From the sequence record SRR31156797_5459: a DNA stretch of 51,172 bases, one strand, 5' to 3'. A program made the position numbers and the translations under genes. The notes under the pieces were generated by a model. It made no database searches, was not told the DNA's origin, and worked only from the letters and a program-made list of their open reading frames with translations. Shown in pieces: positions 1-11,520 of the stretch. Numbering within the stretch: position 1 is the stretch's first letter; every line of letters starts with the position of its first letter.

Positions 1-28
1 ACCAGCATCTTGAGGTTACTTAGGTATA
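1..28. repeat. One arm of an ERIC-like (TATACC-ended) palindromic element, truncated by the window edge
   Basis: The reverse complement of 1-28 is TATACCTAAGTAACCTCAAGATGCTGGT, which matches the left arm of the element at 13730-13790 at 23 of 26 positions. Confidence 0.7.
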
Positions 29-153
29 ATCACTATAGTTTTTCTCTTTGGAAATAACTGAGAGCTCGCCCAACTTTTGCCTTTAATTGACTTAGGTGGA
101 ATCAAATTTTTCCTTCGTTGCATACTGTTCTTTCTTATCCTGAGCTCAGGTTA

Positions 154-170
154 TATACTACCGCGCCGCG
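154..170 (+). promoter_or_regulatory. Putative sigma70 -10 element with GC-rich discriminator for the queA-tgt operon
   Basis: TATACT at 154-159 is followed by ACCGCGCCGCG, about 50 nt before the queA ATG. Confidence 0.45.
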
Positions 171-210
171 AAATGATTCATCGCTCAACAAAGAGAACCA
201 AGATACAGCT

Positions 211-1266
211 ATGCAAGTTTCAGATTTTCACTTTGAACTTCCAGACGAGTTAATTGCTCGCTATCCAAAAGCAGAACGTACAGCTAGCCGTTTATTACAA
301 ATGGAAGGTAATAGTGGTGCTTTGACCGACCGTACATTTAAAGATGTACTTGAACTGGTGGAGCCAGGTGATTTGCTTGTGTTTAACAACACCCGTGTTA
401 TTCCTGCGCGTATGTTTGGTCGCAAGGCGACTGGTGGGAAACTTGAGGTGCTGGTTGAGCGTATGGTCGATGAGCATACGATATTAGCGCACGTTCGCTC
501 TTCTAAACCGCCAAAGCCAAATACTGAATTGTACTTAGGTGAGAACGATGAGTATCACGCCGTGATGGTAGCTCGCCATGATGCGTTATTTGAAATTCGT
601 TTTACGTCTGAAAAATCGGTGTTAGAAATCTTAAATGAAGTGGGGCACATGCCACTTCCACCGTACATTGACCGCCCGGATGAAGATACAGATAAAGAGC
701 GTTATCAAACGGTTTATAATCAAAAACCGGGTGCGGTTGCTGCTCCTACTGCTGGTCTGCATTTTGACGAAACGTTAATGGAACAAATCAAAGCCAAAGG
801 CGTTGAGTTTGCATACGTTACGTTGCACGTGGGGGCGGGAACATTCCAGCCAGTGCGTGTGGATAATATTAATGATCACCATATGCACGCGGAATACGTG
901 GAAGTTTCGCAACAAGTCGTTGAAGCAATTGCGGAAACGAAAGCTCGTGGCGGTCGTGTTATCGCTGTTGGCACAACGTCAGTTCGCTCGTTAGAGAGTG
1001 CTGCGCAAGATGCATTGAGCAAAGGAACCGAGCTGGTTCCTTTCTTTGGTGATACAGAAATCTTTATTTTCCCAGGTTATCAATACCAGTTAGTGGATTG
1101 TTTGATTACCAATTTCCACCTTCCGGAATCGACACTGATTATGTTAGTAAGTGCATTCGCGGGCTACGACAATACAATGGCGGCTTACGAGCACGCAGTG
1201 AAGCAGCAATACCGTTTCTTCAGTTACGGTGATGCAATGTTCATTAGCAAGAAAACGAACGCGTAA
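211..1266 (+). CDS. queA: S-adenosylmethionine:tRNA ribosyltransferase-isomerase QueA
   Basis: Start [19 protein letters not shown]; motifs [42 protein letters not shown] and FFSYGDAM. The ATG at 211 is preferred over the ORF-track start at 118. Confidence 0.98.
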   Translation: MQVSDFHFELPDELIARYPKAERTASRLLQMEGNSGALTDRTFKDVLELVEPGDLLVFNNTRVIPARMFGRKATGGKLEVLVERMVDEHTILAHVRSSKPPKPNTELYLGENDEYHAVMVARHDALFEIRFTSEKSVLEILNEVGHMPLPPYIDRPDEDTDKERYQTVYNQKPGAVAAPTAGLHFDETLMEQIKAKGVEFAYVTLHVGAGTFQPVRVDNINDHHMHAEYVEVSQQVVEAIAETKARGGRVIAVGTTSVRSLESAAQDALSKGTELVPFFGDTEIFIFPGYQYQLVDCLITNFHLPESTLIMLVSAFAGYDNTMAAYEHAVKQQYRFFSYGDAMFISKKTNA

Positions 1267-1290
1267 TATTATTAAGTAATACTATTTTGA

Positions 1291-2499
<1,209 letters not shown>

Positions 2500-2638
2500 C
2501 CTTAATACCAGCGGTTAACGCGGGTATTGGGGTAATTTCGTGCGTCAGGTTTGATTTATCTCTTTATTGACTTGAATTTAGCTTGGCGCAGCCCAATAAA
2601 TTTCAAACTAGACAATATAACTTAGAGGACGTTTCTCA

Positions 2639-2971
2639 ATGAGTCTAATTTCTGTAGCACACGCAGCTCCTGCTGGCACTCCTGCTGGTGGCGGTTTTGA
2701 AATGCTAATCATGCTTGGCATGTTCGCAGTAATCTTCTACTTCATGATCTACCGCCCGCAATCAAAGCGCGTAAAAGAACATAAAAACCTAATGGCTTCT
2801 ATGGCTAAAGGTGACGAAGTGCTGACCAGTGGTGGACTTGTTGGTCGTATCACTAAGATCGCAGAAGATAACGATTACGTTTCTATCGCGCTTAATGAGA
2901 ACAACGAAATTGTTCTTAAAAAGGACTTCATTACAGCTGTACTACCAAAAGGTACGCTTAAATCTCTATAA
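2639..2971 (+). CDS. yajC: Preprotein translocase subunit YajC
   Basis: FYFMIYRPQSKR and KGDEVLTSGGLVGRI motifs; lies between tgt and secD. Confidence 0.97.
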   Translation: MSLISVAHAAPAGTPAGGGFEMLIMLGMFAVIFYFMIYRPQSKRVKEHKNLMASMAKGDEVLTSGGLVGRITKIAEDNDYVSIALNENNEIVLKKDFITAVLPKGTLKSL

Positions 2972-2991
2972 ACAGCTAGAGGATCTTCTCT

Positions 2992-4845
2992 GTGCTAAAC
3001 CGCTATCCGTTATGGAAGTACTTAATGGTGGTCTTTGTTATCGCCATTACTGCCTTGTACGCACTTCCAAATATTTACGGTGAAGATCCAGCAATTCAAG
3101 TGACAGGGGCGCGTGGCGCCTCTGTCGATCTGACCACGCTGGATTCTGTCACTAAGGCGCTTGATGAAGCGCAGCTTTCCCATAAATCCATTGGTCTTGA
3201 AAATGGATCGATTCTTGTCCGATTTAATGACACTGATACTCAAATCAGCGCTCGCGATGTAGTGAGCGAAGCTCTGGGTAACGACATCATTGTTGCATTA
3301 AACCTAGCGGCATCTACTCCTAACTGGCTTGAAGCGATTGGTGCTGCACCAATGAAACTGGGCCTTGACCTTCGTGGTGGTGTTCACTTCTTAATGGAAG
3401 TGGATATGGACGCGGCGATGGAAAAACTGGTTAGTCAGCAGGAAGAAGCATTCCGTAGTGAATTACGCGAAGAAAAAATTCGTTACCGTGCTATTCGCCC
3501 TTCGAAAGATTCTGTAGAAATTGTTTTACGTGATGCTGAGCAAATGGCTCAAGCGAAAGGCGTATTGGAATCTAAGCACCGTGATATGACGTTTATTGAG
3601 TCTGAACAAAACAATCGTTTTGTTGTTAAAGCTCAGTTTACCGAAGCCCGCCTGCAAGAAATTCGTAACTACGCTGTTGAGCAAAACATCAGCATTCTAC
3701 GTAACCGTGTAAATGAGCTGGGTGTTGCTGAGCCTTTAGTTCAACGTCAAGGCGCAACGCGTATTGTGGTTGAGCTTCCAGGTGTACAAGACACTGCTCG
3801 TGCGAAAGAAATTCTTGGTGCAACGGCAACGCTTGAATTCCGTGAAGTTGATGACAGCGCTGATTTAGCTGCAGCCGCTGCTGGCCGTGTACCTGCGGGT
3901 AGTGAAGTGAAATATGACCGAGAAGGTCGTCCTGCTGTACTGAAAAAACGCGTTATTCTTGGTGGCTCAAGCATTACCGATGCAAGTTCAAGTGTTGATG
4001 AATATGGTCGTCCACAGGTAAATATCTCGCTGGATAGCGAAGGTGGCAGCAAGATGTCAGCGTTCTCTAAAAAGAACATTGGCAAGCTGATGGCGACAGT
4101 ATTTGCAGAATACAAAGACAGCGGTAAGAAAACGTCTGAAGGCAAAGTTATCCTAACTAAGCATGAAGAAGTGGTTAACCAAGCGACGATTCAATCTGCA
4201 TTAGGTCGTAGCTTCCGTATTACCGGTATCGATTCAGCTGCTGAAGCTCACAACTTAGCGCTTGTACTCCGTGCGGGTGCGTTGATTGCTCCGATTTCTA
4301 TCGTTGAAGAACGTACGATTGGTCCATCTATGGGTCAACAGAATATCGATATGGGTATTCAGGCCTGTATCTGGGGTATGGTAGCTGTAATGCTGTTTAC
4401 TCTGGTTTACTACCGTAAGTTCGGTGTGATCGCTAACGTAGCATTGGTTGCGAACTTAGTATTGATCATCGGTGTGATGTCGATGATTCCTGGTGCAACC
4501 ATGACCTTACCGGGTATCGCAGGTATCGTACTGACCGTCGGTATGGCGGTGGATGCGAACGTACTGATATTCGAGCGGATACGTGAAGAGCTCAGAGACG
4601 GGCGCAATCCTCAACAAGCGATTCACCAGGGTTACGCTAACGCGTTCAGCACCATTGCCGATGCGAACATTACCACTTTGATTACTGCCATTATCCTATT
4701 TGCTGTAGGTACGGGCGCAATTAAAGGCTTCGCGGTAACACTGTCTATCGGTATTTTAACTTCAATGTTCACGGCTATTATCGGCACACGTTGTATCGTC
4801 AACTTGCTGTATGGCGGTAAACGCATCAAGAAATTGTCGATCTAA
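2992..4845 (+). CDS. secD: Protein translocase subunit SecD
   Basis: GTG start; [22 protein letters not shown] and [17 protein letters not shown] motifs. Confidence 0.98.
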   Translation: MLNRYPLWKYLMVVFVIAITALYALPNIYGEDPAIQVTGARGASVDLTTLDSVTKALDEAQLSHKSIGLENGSILVRFNDTDTQISARDVVSEALGNDIIVALNLAASTPNWLEAIGAAPMKLGLDLRGGVHFLMEVDMDAAMEKLVSQQEEAFRSELREEKIRYRAIRPSKDSVEIVLRDAEQMAQAKGVLESKHRDMTFIESEQNNRFVVKAQFTEARLQEIRNYAVEQNISILRNRVNELGVAEPLVQRQGATRIVVELPGVQDTARAKEILGATATLEFREVDDSADLAAAAAGRVPAGSEVKYDREGRPAVLKKRVILGGSSITDASSSVDEYGRPQVNISLDSEGGSKMSAFSKKNIGKLMATVFAEYKDSGKKTSEGKVILTKHEEVVNQATIQSALGRSFRITGIDSAAEAHNLALVLRAGALIAPISIVEERTIGPSMGQQNIDMGIQACIWGMVAVMLFTLVYYRKFGVIANVALVANLVLIIGVMSMIPGATMTLPGIAGIVLTVGMAVDANVLIFERIREELRDGRNPQQAIHQGYANAFSTIADANITTLITAIILFAVGTGAIKGFAVTLSIGILTSMFTAIIGTRCIVNLLYGGKRIKKLSI

Positions 4846-4859
4846 GGGTAGGAATTAGT

Positions 4860-5807
4860 ATGTTTCAAATTCTGAAAACTGACAGCACGATCGACTTTAT
4901 GCGTTGGTCGAAGTTCGCTTTCATTTTCTCGATTCTAATGATCGGTACTTCGATTTTTACTCTATCGACAAAATGGCTGAACTGGGGTCTAGACTTTACT
5001 GGCGGTACGCTTATTGAAGTCGGCTTCGAGAAACCTGCGAACCTGGAAGATATTCGTCTGTCGCTAGAAGCGAAAGGCTTTGGTGATGCAACGGTACAAA
5101 ACTTCGGTTCTGCACGTGAAGTCATGGTTCGTCTTCGTCCGCGTGAAAACGTCGCAAGTGAAGCATTAGGTAACCAAATCCTAAGTGCTATTAAACAAGG
5201 TACTGGTGAGAGCGTTGAAATGCGCCGTATCGAGTTTGTTGGTCCGAATGTGGGCGACGAACTTACAGAAGCAGGTGGCTTAGCAATCTTAGTATCGTTA
5301 CTGTGTATCCTGCTTTATGTATCGATGCGTTTTGAATGGCGTTTGGCCGCTGGTGCGGTATTAGCATTGGCGCACGACGTTATCATCACTTTAGGTGTGT
5401 TCTCATTCTTAAAAATTGAAGTGGACCTAACCATCGTTGCTGCATTGTTGACGGTTGTGGGTTACTCACTCAACGATACCATCGTTGTATTCGACCGTAT
5501 TCGTGAGAACTTCCGTAAGATGCGTAAAGGTGAATCTGCTGACATCATGAACAGCTCAATCACTCAAACACTGAGCCGTACTTTGATTACATCGGGTACA
5601 ACCTTGTTTGTAGTTATTGCCTTGTTTACTCAAGGTGGTGCAATGATTCACGGTTTCGCTCTGGCACTTCTACTTGGTATCACTGTGGGTACTTATTCTT
5701 CAATCTATGTCGCTTCGGCACTGGCATTGAAACTGGGTATTACACGCGAACACCTACTGACTCCGCAAGTGGAGAAAGAAGGTGCCGAGTTCGACGAGAT
5801 GCCTTAA
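4860..5807 (+). CDS. secF: Protein translocase subunit SecF
   Basis: GLDFTGG and GYSLNDTIVVFDRIREN motifs; follows secD. Confidence 0.98.
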   Translation: MFQILKTDSTIDFMRWSKFAFIFSILMIGTSIFTLSTKWLNWGLDFTGGTLIEVGFEKPANLEDIRLSLEAKGFGDATVQNFGSAREVMVRLRPRENVASEALGNQILSAIKQGTGESVEMRRIEFVGPNVGDELTEAGGLAILVSLLCILLYVSMRFEWRLAAGAVLALAHDVIITLGVFSFLKIEVDLTIVAALLTVVGYSLNDTIVVFDRIRENFRKMRKGESADIMNSSITQTLSRTLITSGTTLFVVIALFTQGGAMIHGFALALLLGITVGTYSSIYVASALALKLGITREHLLTPQVEKEGAEFDEMP

Positions 5808-5817
5808 CAGAAACAAG

Positions 5818-5846
5818 AAAGCCACTGACTGCAGTGGCTTTTTTTT
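5818..5846 (+). terminator. Rho-independent terminator after secF
   Basis: GCCACTG-ACTG-CAGTGGC followed by a T-run. Confidence 0.85.
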
Positions 5847-5888
5847 GCTTTATAGATTTGTGGCTAAACACGAATACAGGGAGGAGGT

Positions 5889-6437
5889 ATGGCTATTACC
5901 CAGCTCGATGAGAGAACGGCTTTAATTGTTATTGATTTACAAAATGGAATTGTTGCGCTTCCGCCGCAGCAAGAAGTTGACCCCGTCATTAGCAATACCA
6001 ACAAACTGATTCGCGCCTTTCATAAAGCAGAGCGTCCGGTGGTGTTAGTGAACGTTGCTGGTGGTGCGGCGGGAAGAATTGACAAGGTGATGCCAGTGAG
6101 GCCGGTCGATGAGAATTGGACAGCATTAGTCACAGAACTTCATCGTCAAGAACCAGAGATTTTGGTGACCAAGCGCAACTGGGGAGCATTTATCAATACC
6201 GATCTCGACCAACAGCTAAAATTTCGTGAAATTACTCAGGTCGTCATTGTTGGTATCTCTACCAGTATTGGTGTGGAGTCTACTGCAAGGCAGGCGTATG
6301 AGTTAGGCTACAACGTGACTTTGTGTACTGATGCCATGACAGATTCGAATTTAGATAATCATGTTCATTCGATTAAAAATGTCTTTCCCCGTTTGGCAGA
6401 GACAGGTTTAACAGATGAAGTACTTTACCTTCTCTAA
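5889..6437 (+). CDS. Isochorismatase-family cysteine hydrolase-like protein
   Basis: TALIVIDLQNG, K..WGAF.NTDL, GISTSIGVESTARQAYELGYNV and DA motifs; strong SD GGGAGGAGG. Confidence 0.9.
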   Translation: MAITQLDERTALIVIDLQNGIVALPPQQEVDPVISNTNKLIRAFHKAERPVVLVNVAGGAAGRIDKVMPVRPVDENWTALVTELHRQEPEILVTKRNWGAFINTDLDQQLKFREITQVVIVGISTSIGVESTARQAYELGYNVTLCTDAMTDSNLDNHVHSIKNVFPRLAETGLTDEVLYLL

Positions 6438-6464
6438 GTGAAACCCCATAACTCGCTAAATACT

Positions 6465-6498
6465 AAAAAGCCCCGAACCAAAAGGAACGGGGCTTTTT
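6465..6498. terminator. Bidirectional terminator between the isochorismatase gene and suhB
   Basis: AAAAAGCCCCG...CGGGGCTTTTT between convergent genes. Confidence 0.8.
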
Positions 6499-6518
6499 AT
6501 TCAGCTGTGACGGAGCTG

Positions 6519-7322
6519 TTATTTCATCATTGCACTGTTGCCGTTTTCACGGATGTGCTTAAGAATTGCTTTCACACCGCGTGGGCTTGAACCAACGATG
6601 TTGCCTGATTTCATGTAATCAGTACCGCCTGCGAAATCTGTCAGGATTGCACCTGCTTCACGAGCAATCAGTTCGCCAGCCGCCATATCCCAAGGTTTTA
6701 GGCCTAGTTCGAAGTAACCATCAACGCGGTTAGATGCTAGGTAACATAGATCCAGAGCTGCAGAGCCTGTACGACGGAAGTCAGAACATTCCGCAAACAG
6801 AGAACCAACGATTTTTACGTAAGATTCAGCGTGCTGCTTTTGTTTGAATGGGAAACCAGTTGCCAGAACTGCGCCTTGCAGATCTTTAAGTTGGTTAACA
6901 CGAATACGAGAGTTGTTTAGCTGTGCACCCGCGCCACGTTGAGCAGTGAAAAGCTCGTTAAGCATAGGGTTGTAAACACACGCCACTTCAGTTTTGCCTT
7001 TAATACGAACAGCAATTGAAACGCAGAAGTGAGGTAAACCTTTTACAAAGTTTGTAGTGCCATCCAGTGGGTCGATGATCCATTGTACGTCCTGATCCTT
7101 ACCTTCGATCATACCGCCTTCTTCGGCAACGATAGAGTGCTCTGGGTAAGAAGTTTTAATCGTAGAGACGATAAGATTCTCAGCCTCTTTGTCCACGTTA
7201 GTGACAAAGTCGTTCATGCCTTTCTGAGATGTTTCGATTTTCTCAGGGTTTTCTAGAGATTTAGCAATATGATTGCCTGCTTTTCGCGCAGCGCGAATAG
7301 CAATGTTAAGCATAGGATGCAT
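6519..7322 (-). CDS. suhB: Inositol-1-monophosphatase / Nus factor SuhB
   Basis: MHPMLNIAIRAARKAG start; WIIDPLDGTTNF, RRTGSAALDL and LKPWDMAAG motifs. Confidence 0.98.
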   Translation of the reverse strand: MHPMLNIAIRAARKAGNHIAKSLENPEKIETSQKGMNDFVTNVDKEAENLIVSTIKTSYPEHSIVAEEGGMIEGKDQDVQWIIDPLDGTTNFVKGLPHFCVSIAVRIKGKTEVACVYNPMLNELFTAQRGAGAQLNNSRIRVNQLKDLQGAVLATGFPFKQKQHAESYVKIVGSLFAECSDFRRTGSAALDLCYLASNRVDGYFELGLKPWDMAAGELIAREAGAILTDFAGGTDYMKSGNIVGSSPRGVKAILKHIRENGNSAMMK

Positions 7323-7339
7323 ATGGGTTTCCCACGGAA

Positions 7340-7350
7340 TGTTAAAGAAC
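7340..7350 (-). promoter_or_regulatory. BoxA element in the suhB 5' leader (Nus-factor autoregulation)
   Basis: The minus strand reads GTTCTTTAACA, matching boxA consensus GYTCTTTAANA, 17 nt before the suhB ATG. BoxA control of suhB is established in E. coli. Confidence 0.8.
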
Positions 7351-7501
7351 GAAAAAGCGGTGCGCAGTATAACAAAAGTTTTAAAAAAAGGAAGTGGTTA
7401 TTTTTTGCTCGCTTAAATTTTCTATATGGAATACACCTGACTATTTTACTTGGGTATATGTTAATATTCTGCGGTTCTAAATAGCGTAGTGTAAAAACAT
7501 C

Positions 7502-8233
7502 ATGTTAAACAATGTTAAAGTGATTTTAGTCGGAACTTCTCATTCAGGTAATATTGGCTCTGCAGCCCGAGCGATGAAAGTCATGGGACTGAGCGAGATG
7601 GTATTGGTTGATCCTCAATGCGAGGTTGATGGTCAAGCTGTTGCTTTAGCAGCGGGTGCAAGTGATATCGCACTGAATGCCCGAATTGTAAAAACATTAG
7701 AAGACGCAGTGGAAGACTGTGGCCTCGTCGTAGGGACAAGTGCACGTTCGCGAACGCTTGAATGGCCAATGCTCAATCCTCGCGAATGCGGAGAAAAATT
7801 TGCGCAAGAAGGCGTAAAACATAGGGTTGCTCTTGTATTTGGTCGTGAGCGGACTGGCTTAACTAACGAAGAACTGCAAAAGTGTCACTACCATGTCAGT
7901 ATTCCGGCCAACCCTGAATACAGTTCTCTTAATTTAGCTATGGCTGTTCAAACGATTTGTTATGAAATTCGCGTCGCCCACCTGAACCAGCTTGAGGCTC
8001 AATACTCCGCTCCAGTTGAAGAAGAGTACCCTCGTCACAAAGAGTTGGAAATGTTCTATCAACACCTTGAAAAAGTGATGCTTGAAACCCAATTCATTTC
8101 TGAGCAGCAACCCGGACAGGTCATGAACAAGCTTCGTCGAATGTTTAATCGAGCACGACCTGAAGCTCAAGAATTGAATATTCTACGTGGTGTTTTAACT
8201 GCAATTGAAAAGAAAATAGTTAATAATAATTAA
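7502..8233 (+). CDS. trmJ: tRNA (cytidine/uridine-32 2'-O)-methyltransferase TrmJ
   Basis: SPOUT motifs [30 protein letters not shown] and [11 protein letters not shown]; lies between suhB and iscR. Confidence 0.96.
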   Translation: MLNNVKVILVGTSHSGNIGSAARAMKVMGLSEMVLVDPQCEVDGQAVALAAGASDIALNARIVKTLEDAVEDCGLVVGTSARSRTLEWPMLNPRECGEKFAQEGVKHRVALVFGRERTGLTNEELQKCHYHVSIPANPEYSSLNLAMAVQTICYEIRVAHLNQLEAQYSAPVEEEYPRHKELEMFYQHLEKVMLETQFISEQQPGQVMNKLRRMFNRARPEAQELNILRGVLTAIEKKIVNNN

Positions 8234-8254
8234 CCTTTGTTACTGCGGGGTTAA

Positions 8255-8304
8255 ATACTTGACCATTTTAGTCAAATAAATACTTGACCATTTTTGTCAG
8301 GTAT
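8255..8304 (+). promoter_or_regulatory. Two tandem type-1 IscR operator sites
   Basis: ATACTTGACCATTTTAGTCAAATAA (8255-8279) and ATACTTGACCATTTTTGTCAGGTAT (8280-8304) resemble the 25-bp type-1 IscR consensus and lie upstream of iscR. Confidence 0.85.
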
Positions 8305-8346
8305 GTGAAACTTCTAACCACATAATCAATGTGGATACGGTGTGAT

Positions 8347-8868
8347 ATGAGACTTACATCTAAAGGAAGATATGCGGTGACTGCCATGTTAGATGTGGCT
8401 CTGCATTCGCAACAAAACCCAGTACCATTGGCGGATATTTCTGAGCGTCAGGGTATTTCACTTTCATATTTAGAACAGCTGTTTTCTAAGCTACGTAAAG
8501 CTGGTCTGGTTGCTAGTGTGCGTGGTCCTGGTGGTGGTTACCGCCTAGGCTCGAACGGTCACGCGATTTCAATCGGTACTGTCATTGCAGCTGTTGATGA
8601 ATCTGTTGATGCAACTAAGTGTAACGGCAAAGGCGATTGCCAAGGCGGAACTCGTTGCTTAACACACACATTATGGCGTGATTTAAGTTCACGTATTAGT
8701 GACTTCCTCAACAACATCACTCTGGGTGAGTTGATGGTTGATAACGAAGTGCTAGAGATTTCAGACCGACAAGATATCGATCTTGCGGTAAGCCACGGAG
8801 TTGCTCACAAGAACTCAAACAATGTCACCATTGGTGCGGCATCCGTAGGTATTAATGTTCGCTCGTAG
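8347..8868 (+). CDS. iscR: Fe-S cluster assembly transcriptional regulator IscR
   Basis: [16 protein letters not shown] start; SVRGPGGGY; three Cys plus His ligands (C..C..CLTH). Confidence 0.98.
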   Translation: MRLTSKGRYAVTAMLDVALHSQQNPVPLADISERQGISLSYLEQLFSKLRKAGLVASVRGPGGGYRLGSNGHAISIGTVIAAVDESVDATKCNGKGDCQGGTRCLTHTLWRDLSSRISDFLNNITLGELMVDNEVLEISDRQDIDLAVSHGVAHKNSNNVTIGAASVGINVRS

Positions 8869-8894
8869 AAGCGACGCTTACATTGGAGTAGAAA

Positions 8895-10109
8895 ATGAAA
8901 CTGCCTATTTATTTAGACTATTCAGCAACTTGCCCTGTTGATCCTCGCGTTGCTGAAAAGATGGTTCAGTACATGACGATGGACGGTACTTTTGGTAACC
9001 CTGCATCTCGTTCGCATCGTTATGGCTGGCAGGCAGAGGAAGCAGTAGATACTGCTCGTGAGCAAATCGCAGATCTTCTTAATGCAGACCCACGTGAAAT
9101 TATCTTCACTTCGGGTGCAACAGAATCTGACAACTTAGCGATTAAAGGTGCAGCGCACTTTTATCAGAAAAAAGGTAAGCACATCATTACCTGCAAAACA
9201 GAGCACAAAGCGGTCTTGGATACCACTCGTCAGCTTGAGCGTGAAGGTTTTGAAGTGACTTATCTTGAGCCAGAAGCAAATGGCTTAATTGATTTGAACA
9301 AACTTGAAGCAGCAATGCGTGATGACACCGTTCTTGTTTCAATCATGCATGTAAACAACGAAATTGGTGTGATTCAAGATATTAACGCCATCGGTGAACT
9401 GTGCCGTTCTCGTAAAATTGTTTTCCATGTAGATGCTGCTCAATCTGCAGGTAAATTGCCAATCGACGTTCAAGAAATGAAAGTTGATTTGATCGCAATG
9501 TCTGCGCATAAGATTTACGGCCCTAAAGGTATTGGTGCACTTTACGTTCGTCGTAAGCCACGTATCCGTTTAGAAGCACAAATGCACGGTGGTGGACATG
9601 AGCGCGGTTTCCGCTCTGGTACACTTCCAACTCACCAAATCGTGGGTATGGGCGAAGCATTCCGAATTGCAAAAGAAGAGATGCAACAAGATTTCGACCA
9701 CGCGAAAACATTGCGTGATCGTTTACTCGCTGGCATCAAAGATATGGAAGCAGTAACGATAAACGGTGACCTAGAGCAGCGTTTACCGAACAACCTGAAC
9801 ATCAGCTTTGCTTTTGTTGAAGGTGAATCACTGCTTATGTCTCTGAAAGACCTTGCGGTATCTTCAGGCAGTGCATGTACATCAGCAAGTCTTGAGCCAT
9901 CGTACGTACTACGTGCTCTAGGTCTTGATGATGAATTGGCTCACAGCTCAATTCGTTTCTCATTCGGTCGTTTCACGACTGAAGAAGATATCGATTACGC
10001 GATTGAATTGGTTCGTGTGGCTGTCAACAAATTACGCGAGATGTCTCCACTATGGGACATGTACAAGGAAGGGGTAGATTTGAGTACTGTTGAGTGGGCT
10101 CATCATTAA
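8895..10109 (+). CDS. iscS: Cysteine desulfurase IscS
   Basis: [17 protein letters not shown] (PLP lysine), SSGSACTS and C-terminal EWAHH. Confidence 0.99.
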   Translation: MKLPIYLDYSATCPVDPRVAEKMVQYMTMDGTFGNPASRSHRYGWQAEEAVDTAREQIADLLNADPREIIFTSGATESDNLAIKGAAHFYQKKGKHIITCKTEHKAVLDTTRQLEREGFEVTYLEPEANGLIDLNKLEAAMRDDTVLVSIMHVNNEIGVIQDINAIGELCRSRKIVFHVDAAQSAGKLPIDVQEMKVDLIAMSAHKIYGPKGIGALYVRRKPRIRLEAQMHGGGHERGFRSGTLPTHQIVGMGEAFRIAKEEMQQDFDHAKTLRDRLLAGIKDMEAVTINGDLEQRLPNNLNISFAFVEGESLLMSLKDLAVSSGSACTSASLEPSYVLRALGLDDELAHSSIRFSFGRFTTEEDIDYAIELVRVAVNKLREMSPLWDMYKEGVDLSTVEWAHH

Positions 10110-10145
10110 TCTTTCCAGCGATTTAGAGGATTCGAGGTAACTATC

Positions 10146-10526
10146 ATGGCATACAGTGAAAAAGTAATTGATCATTACGAGAACCCACGTAACGTTGGTT
10201 CTTTTGATAAAGAAGACCCATCAGTCGGTAGCGGCATGGTTGGCGCTCCAGCTTGTGGTGACGTAATGCGTCTACAAATTAAAGTCTCTCCTGAAGGCAT
10301 TATTGAAGATGCAAAATTCAAGACTTACGGATGTGGTAGTGCGATTGCATCAAGCTCATTAGTGACAGAGTGGGTTAAAGGTAAATCTATCGATGACGCA
10401 GCAGCGATTAAAAACGCTGAGATTGCTGAAGAGTTAGAGCTTCCACCAGTAAAAGTTCACTGCTCAATTTTGGCAGAAGACGCAATCAAAGCCGCTGTAG
10501 CGGACTACAAGAAAAAGCATCAGTAA
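10146..10526 (+). CDS. iscU: Fe-S scaffold protein IscU
   Basis: GAPACGDVM, GCGSAIASSS and LPPVKVHCS motifs. Confidence 0.99.
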   Translation: MAYSEKVIDHYENPRNVGSFDKEDPSVGSGMVGAPACGDVMRLQIKVSPEGIIEDAKFKTYGCGSAIASSSLVTEWVKGKSIDDAAAIKNAEIAEELELPPVKVHCSILAEDAIKAAVADYKKKHQ

Positions 10527-10539
10527 TAAACAAGTATTT

Positions 10540-10562
10540 GGGAGTAGCCGGTTGCTACTCCC
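10540..10562 (+). other. Intercistronic hairpin between iscU and iscA
   Basis: GGGAGTAGC-CGGTT-GCTACTCCC, a 9-bp perfect stem with no U-tract. Confidence 0.55.
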
Positions 10563-10595
10563 GCATTAACGATTAGAAGACCCAAAGGTAGCAGT

Positions 10596-10919
10596 ATGGC
10601 CATTACCCTAACTGAAACAGCAGCACACCGTGTAAGAACCTTCATGGAAAACCGTGGCAAAGGTATCGGCTTACGTTTAGGCGTAAGAACGACCGGTTGT
10701 TCAGGTATGGCATATGTACTCGAATTCGTTGATGATCTTGATGAAGGTGATCAAGTATTTGAAGATCATGGTGTGAAAGTTATTATTGATCCGAAAAGCT
10801 TGGTCTACCTAGACGGCACAGAGCTGGATTATAAAAAAGAAGGCTTGAATGAAGGTTTTGAGTTCAACAACCCAAATGCGAAAGGCGAGTGTGGTTGTGG
10901 TGAAAGCTTTAACGTCTAA
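10596..10919 (+). CDS. iscA: Fe-S assembly protein IscA
   Basis: TTGCSGMAY and CGCGESF motifs. Confidence 0.98.
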   Translation: MAITLTETAAHRVRTFMENRGKGIGLRLGVRTTGCSGMAYVLEFVDDLDEGDQVFEDHGVKVIIDPKSLVYLDGTELDYKKEGLNEGFEFNNPNAKGECGCGESFNV

Positions 10920-10984
10920 GTATTAGGCGTCGGTGTCTCGGGTATTTGTTTGCCCGAAGCCCGAATTAAAGGACCGATATCATC

Positions 10985-11500
10985 ATGAATTATTTCGAAT
11001 TATTTGGGCTACCAACTCAGTTTCACCTGGATGGTAGCCTTCTTTCTTCTCAGTTCCGTGAGTTGCAAAAGCGTTTTCACCCAGATAATTTTGCCACGGC
11101 CTCTGAGCGTGACCGATTAATGTCGGTACAAAAAACGGCGGAGATTAATGACGCCAATCAGGTATTAAAAAATCCAATCTCTCGTGCAGAGTATCTGCTT
11201 TCTCTAAACGAAGTTGAGCTTCGTGGTGAACAGCAGACACTTCAAGACCCCATGTTCCTGATGGAACAAATGGAGCTGCGTGAAGAGCTTGAATCAATAT
11301 CAGAAAGCGCTGATCCTGAAAGTGCTCTGTTCGATTTCGATAGTAAAATCGATAAAATGTTTAAACAGCACATCGCCCAAGTTGAGCATGAGCTAAACGA
11401 TAATCTGTGGGATACCGCTGCAGATACCGTGAGAAAGCTTAAATTTATTGCCAAATTAAAAAATGAAATAGAACGAGTCGAAGACAAACTGCTCGGCTAA
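10985..11500 (+). CDS. hscB: Co-chaperone HscB
   Basis: J-domain HPD motif (RFHPDNF) and FLMEQMELRE. Confidence 0.97.
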   Translation: MNYFELFGLPTQFHLDGSLLSSQFRELQKRFHPDNFATASERDRLMSVQKTAEINDANQVLKNPISRAEYLLSLNEVELRGEQQTLQDPMFLMEQMELREELESISESADPESALFDFDSKIDKMFKQHIAQVEHELNDNLWDTAADTVRKLKFIAKLKNEIERVEDKLLG

Positions 11501-11520
11501 TTCTAAAAAAGGACCCATAG

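Noticed and set aside
2500-2991. VemP-type arrest peptide controlling secDF
   Set aside because: This is the tgt-yajC-secD-secF (SecDF1-type) locus. The upstream ORF is a normal yajC, and VemP belongs to the secDF2 paralogue.
8255-8304. 25-bp tandem repeat upstream of iscR as a novel repeat or mini-CRISPR
   Set aside because: It is fully explained by the known pair of adjacent IscR autoregulatory sites.
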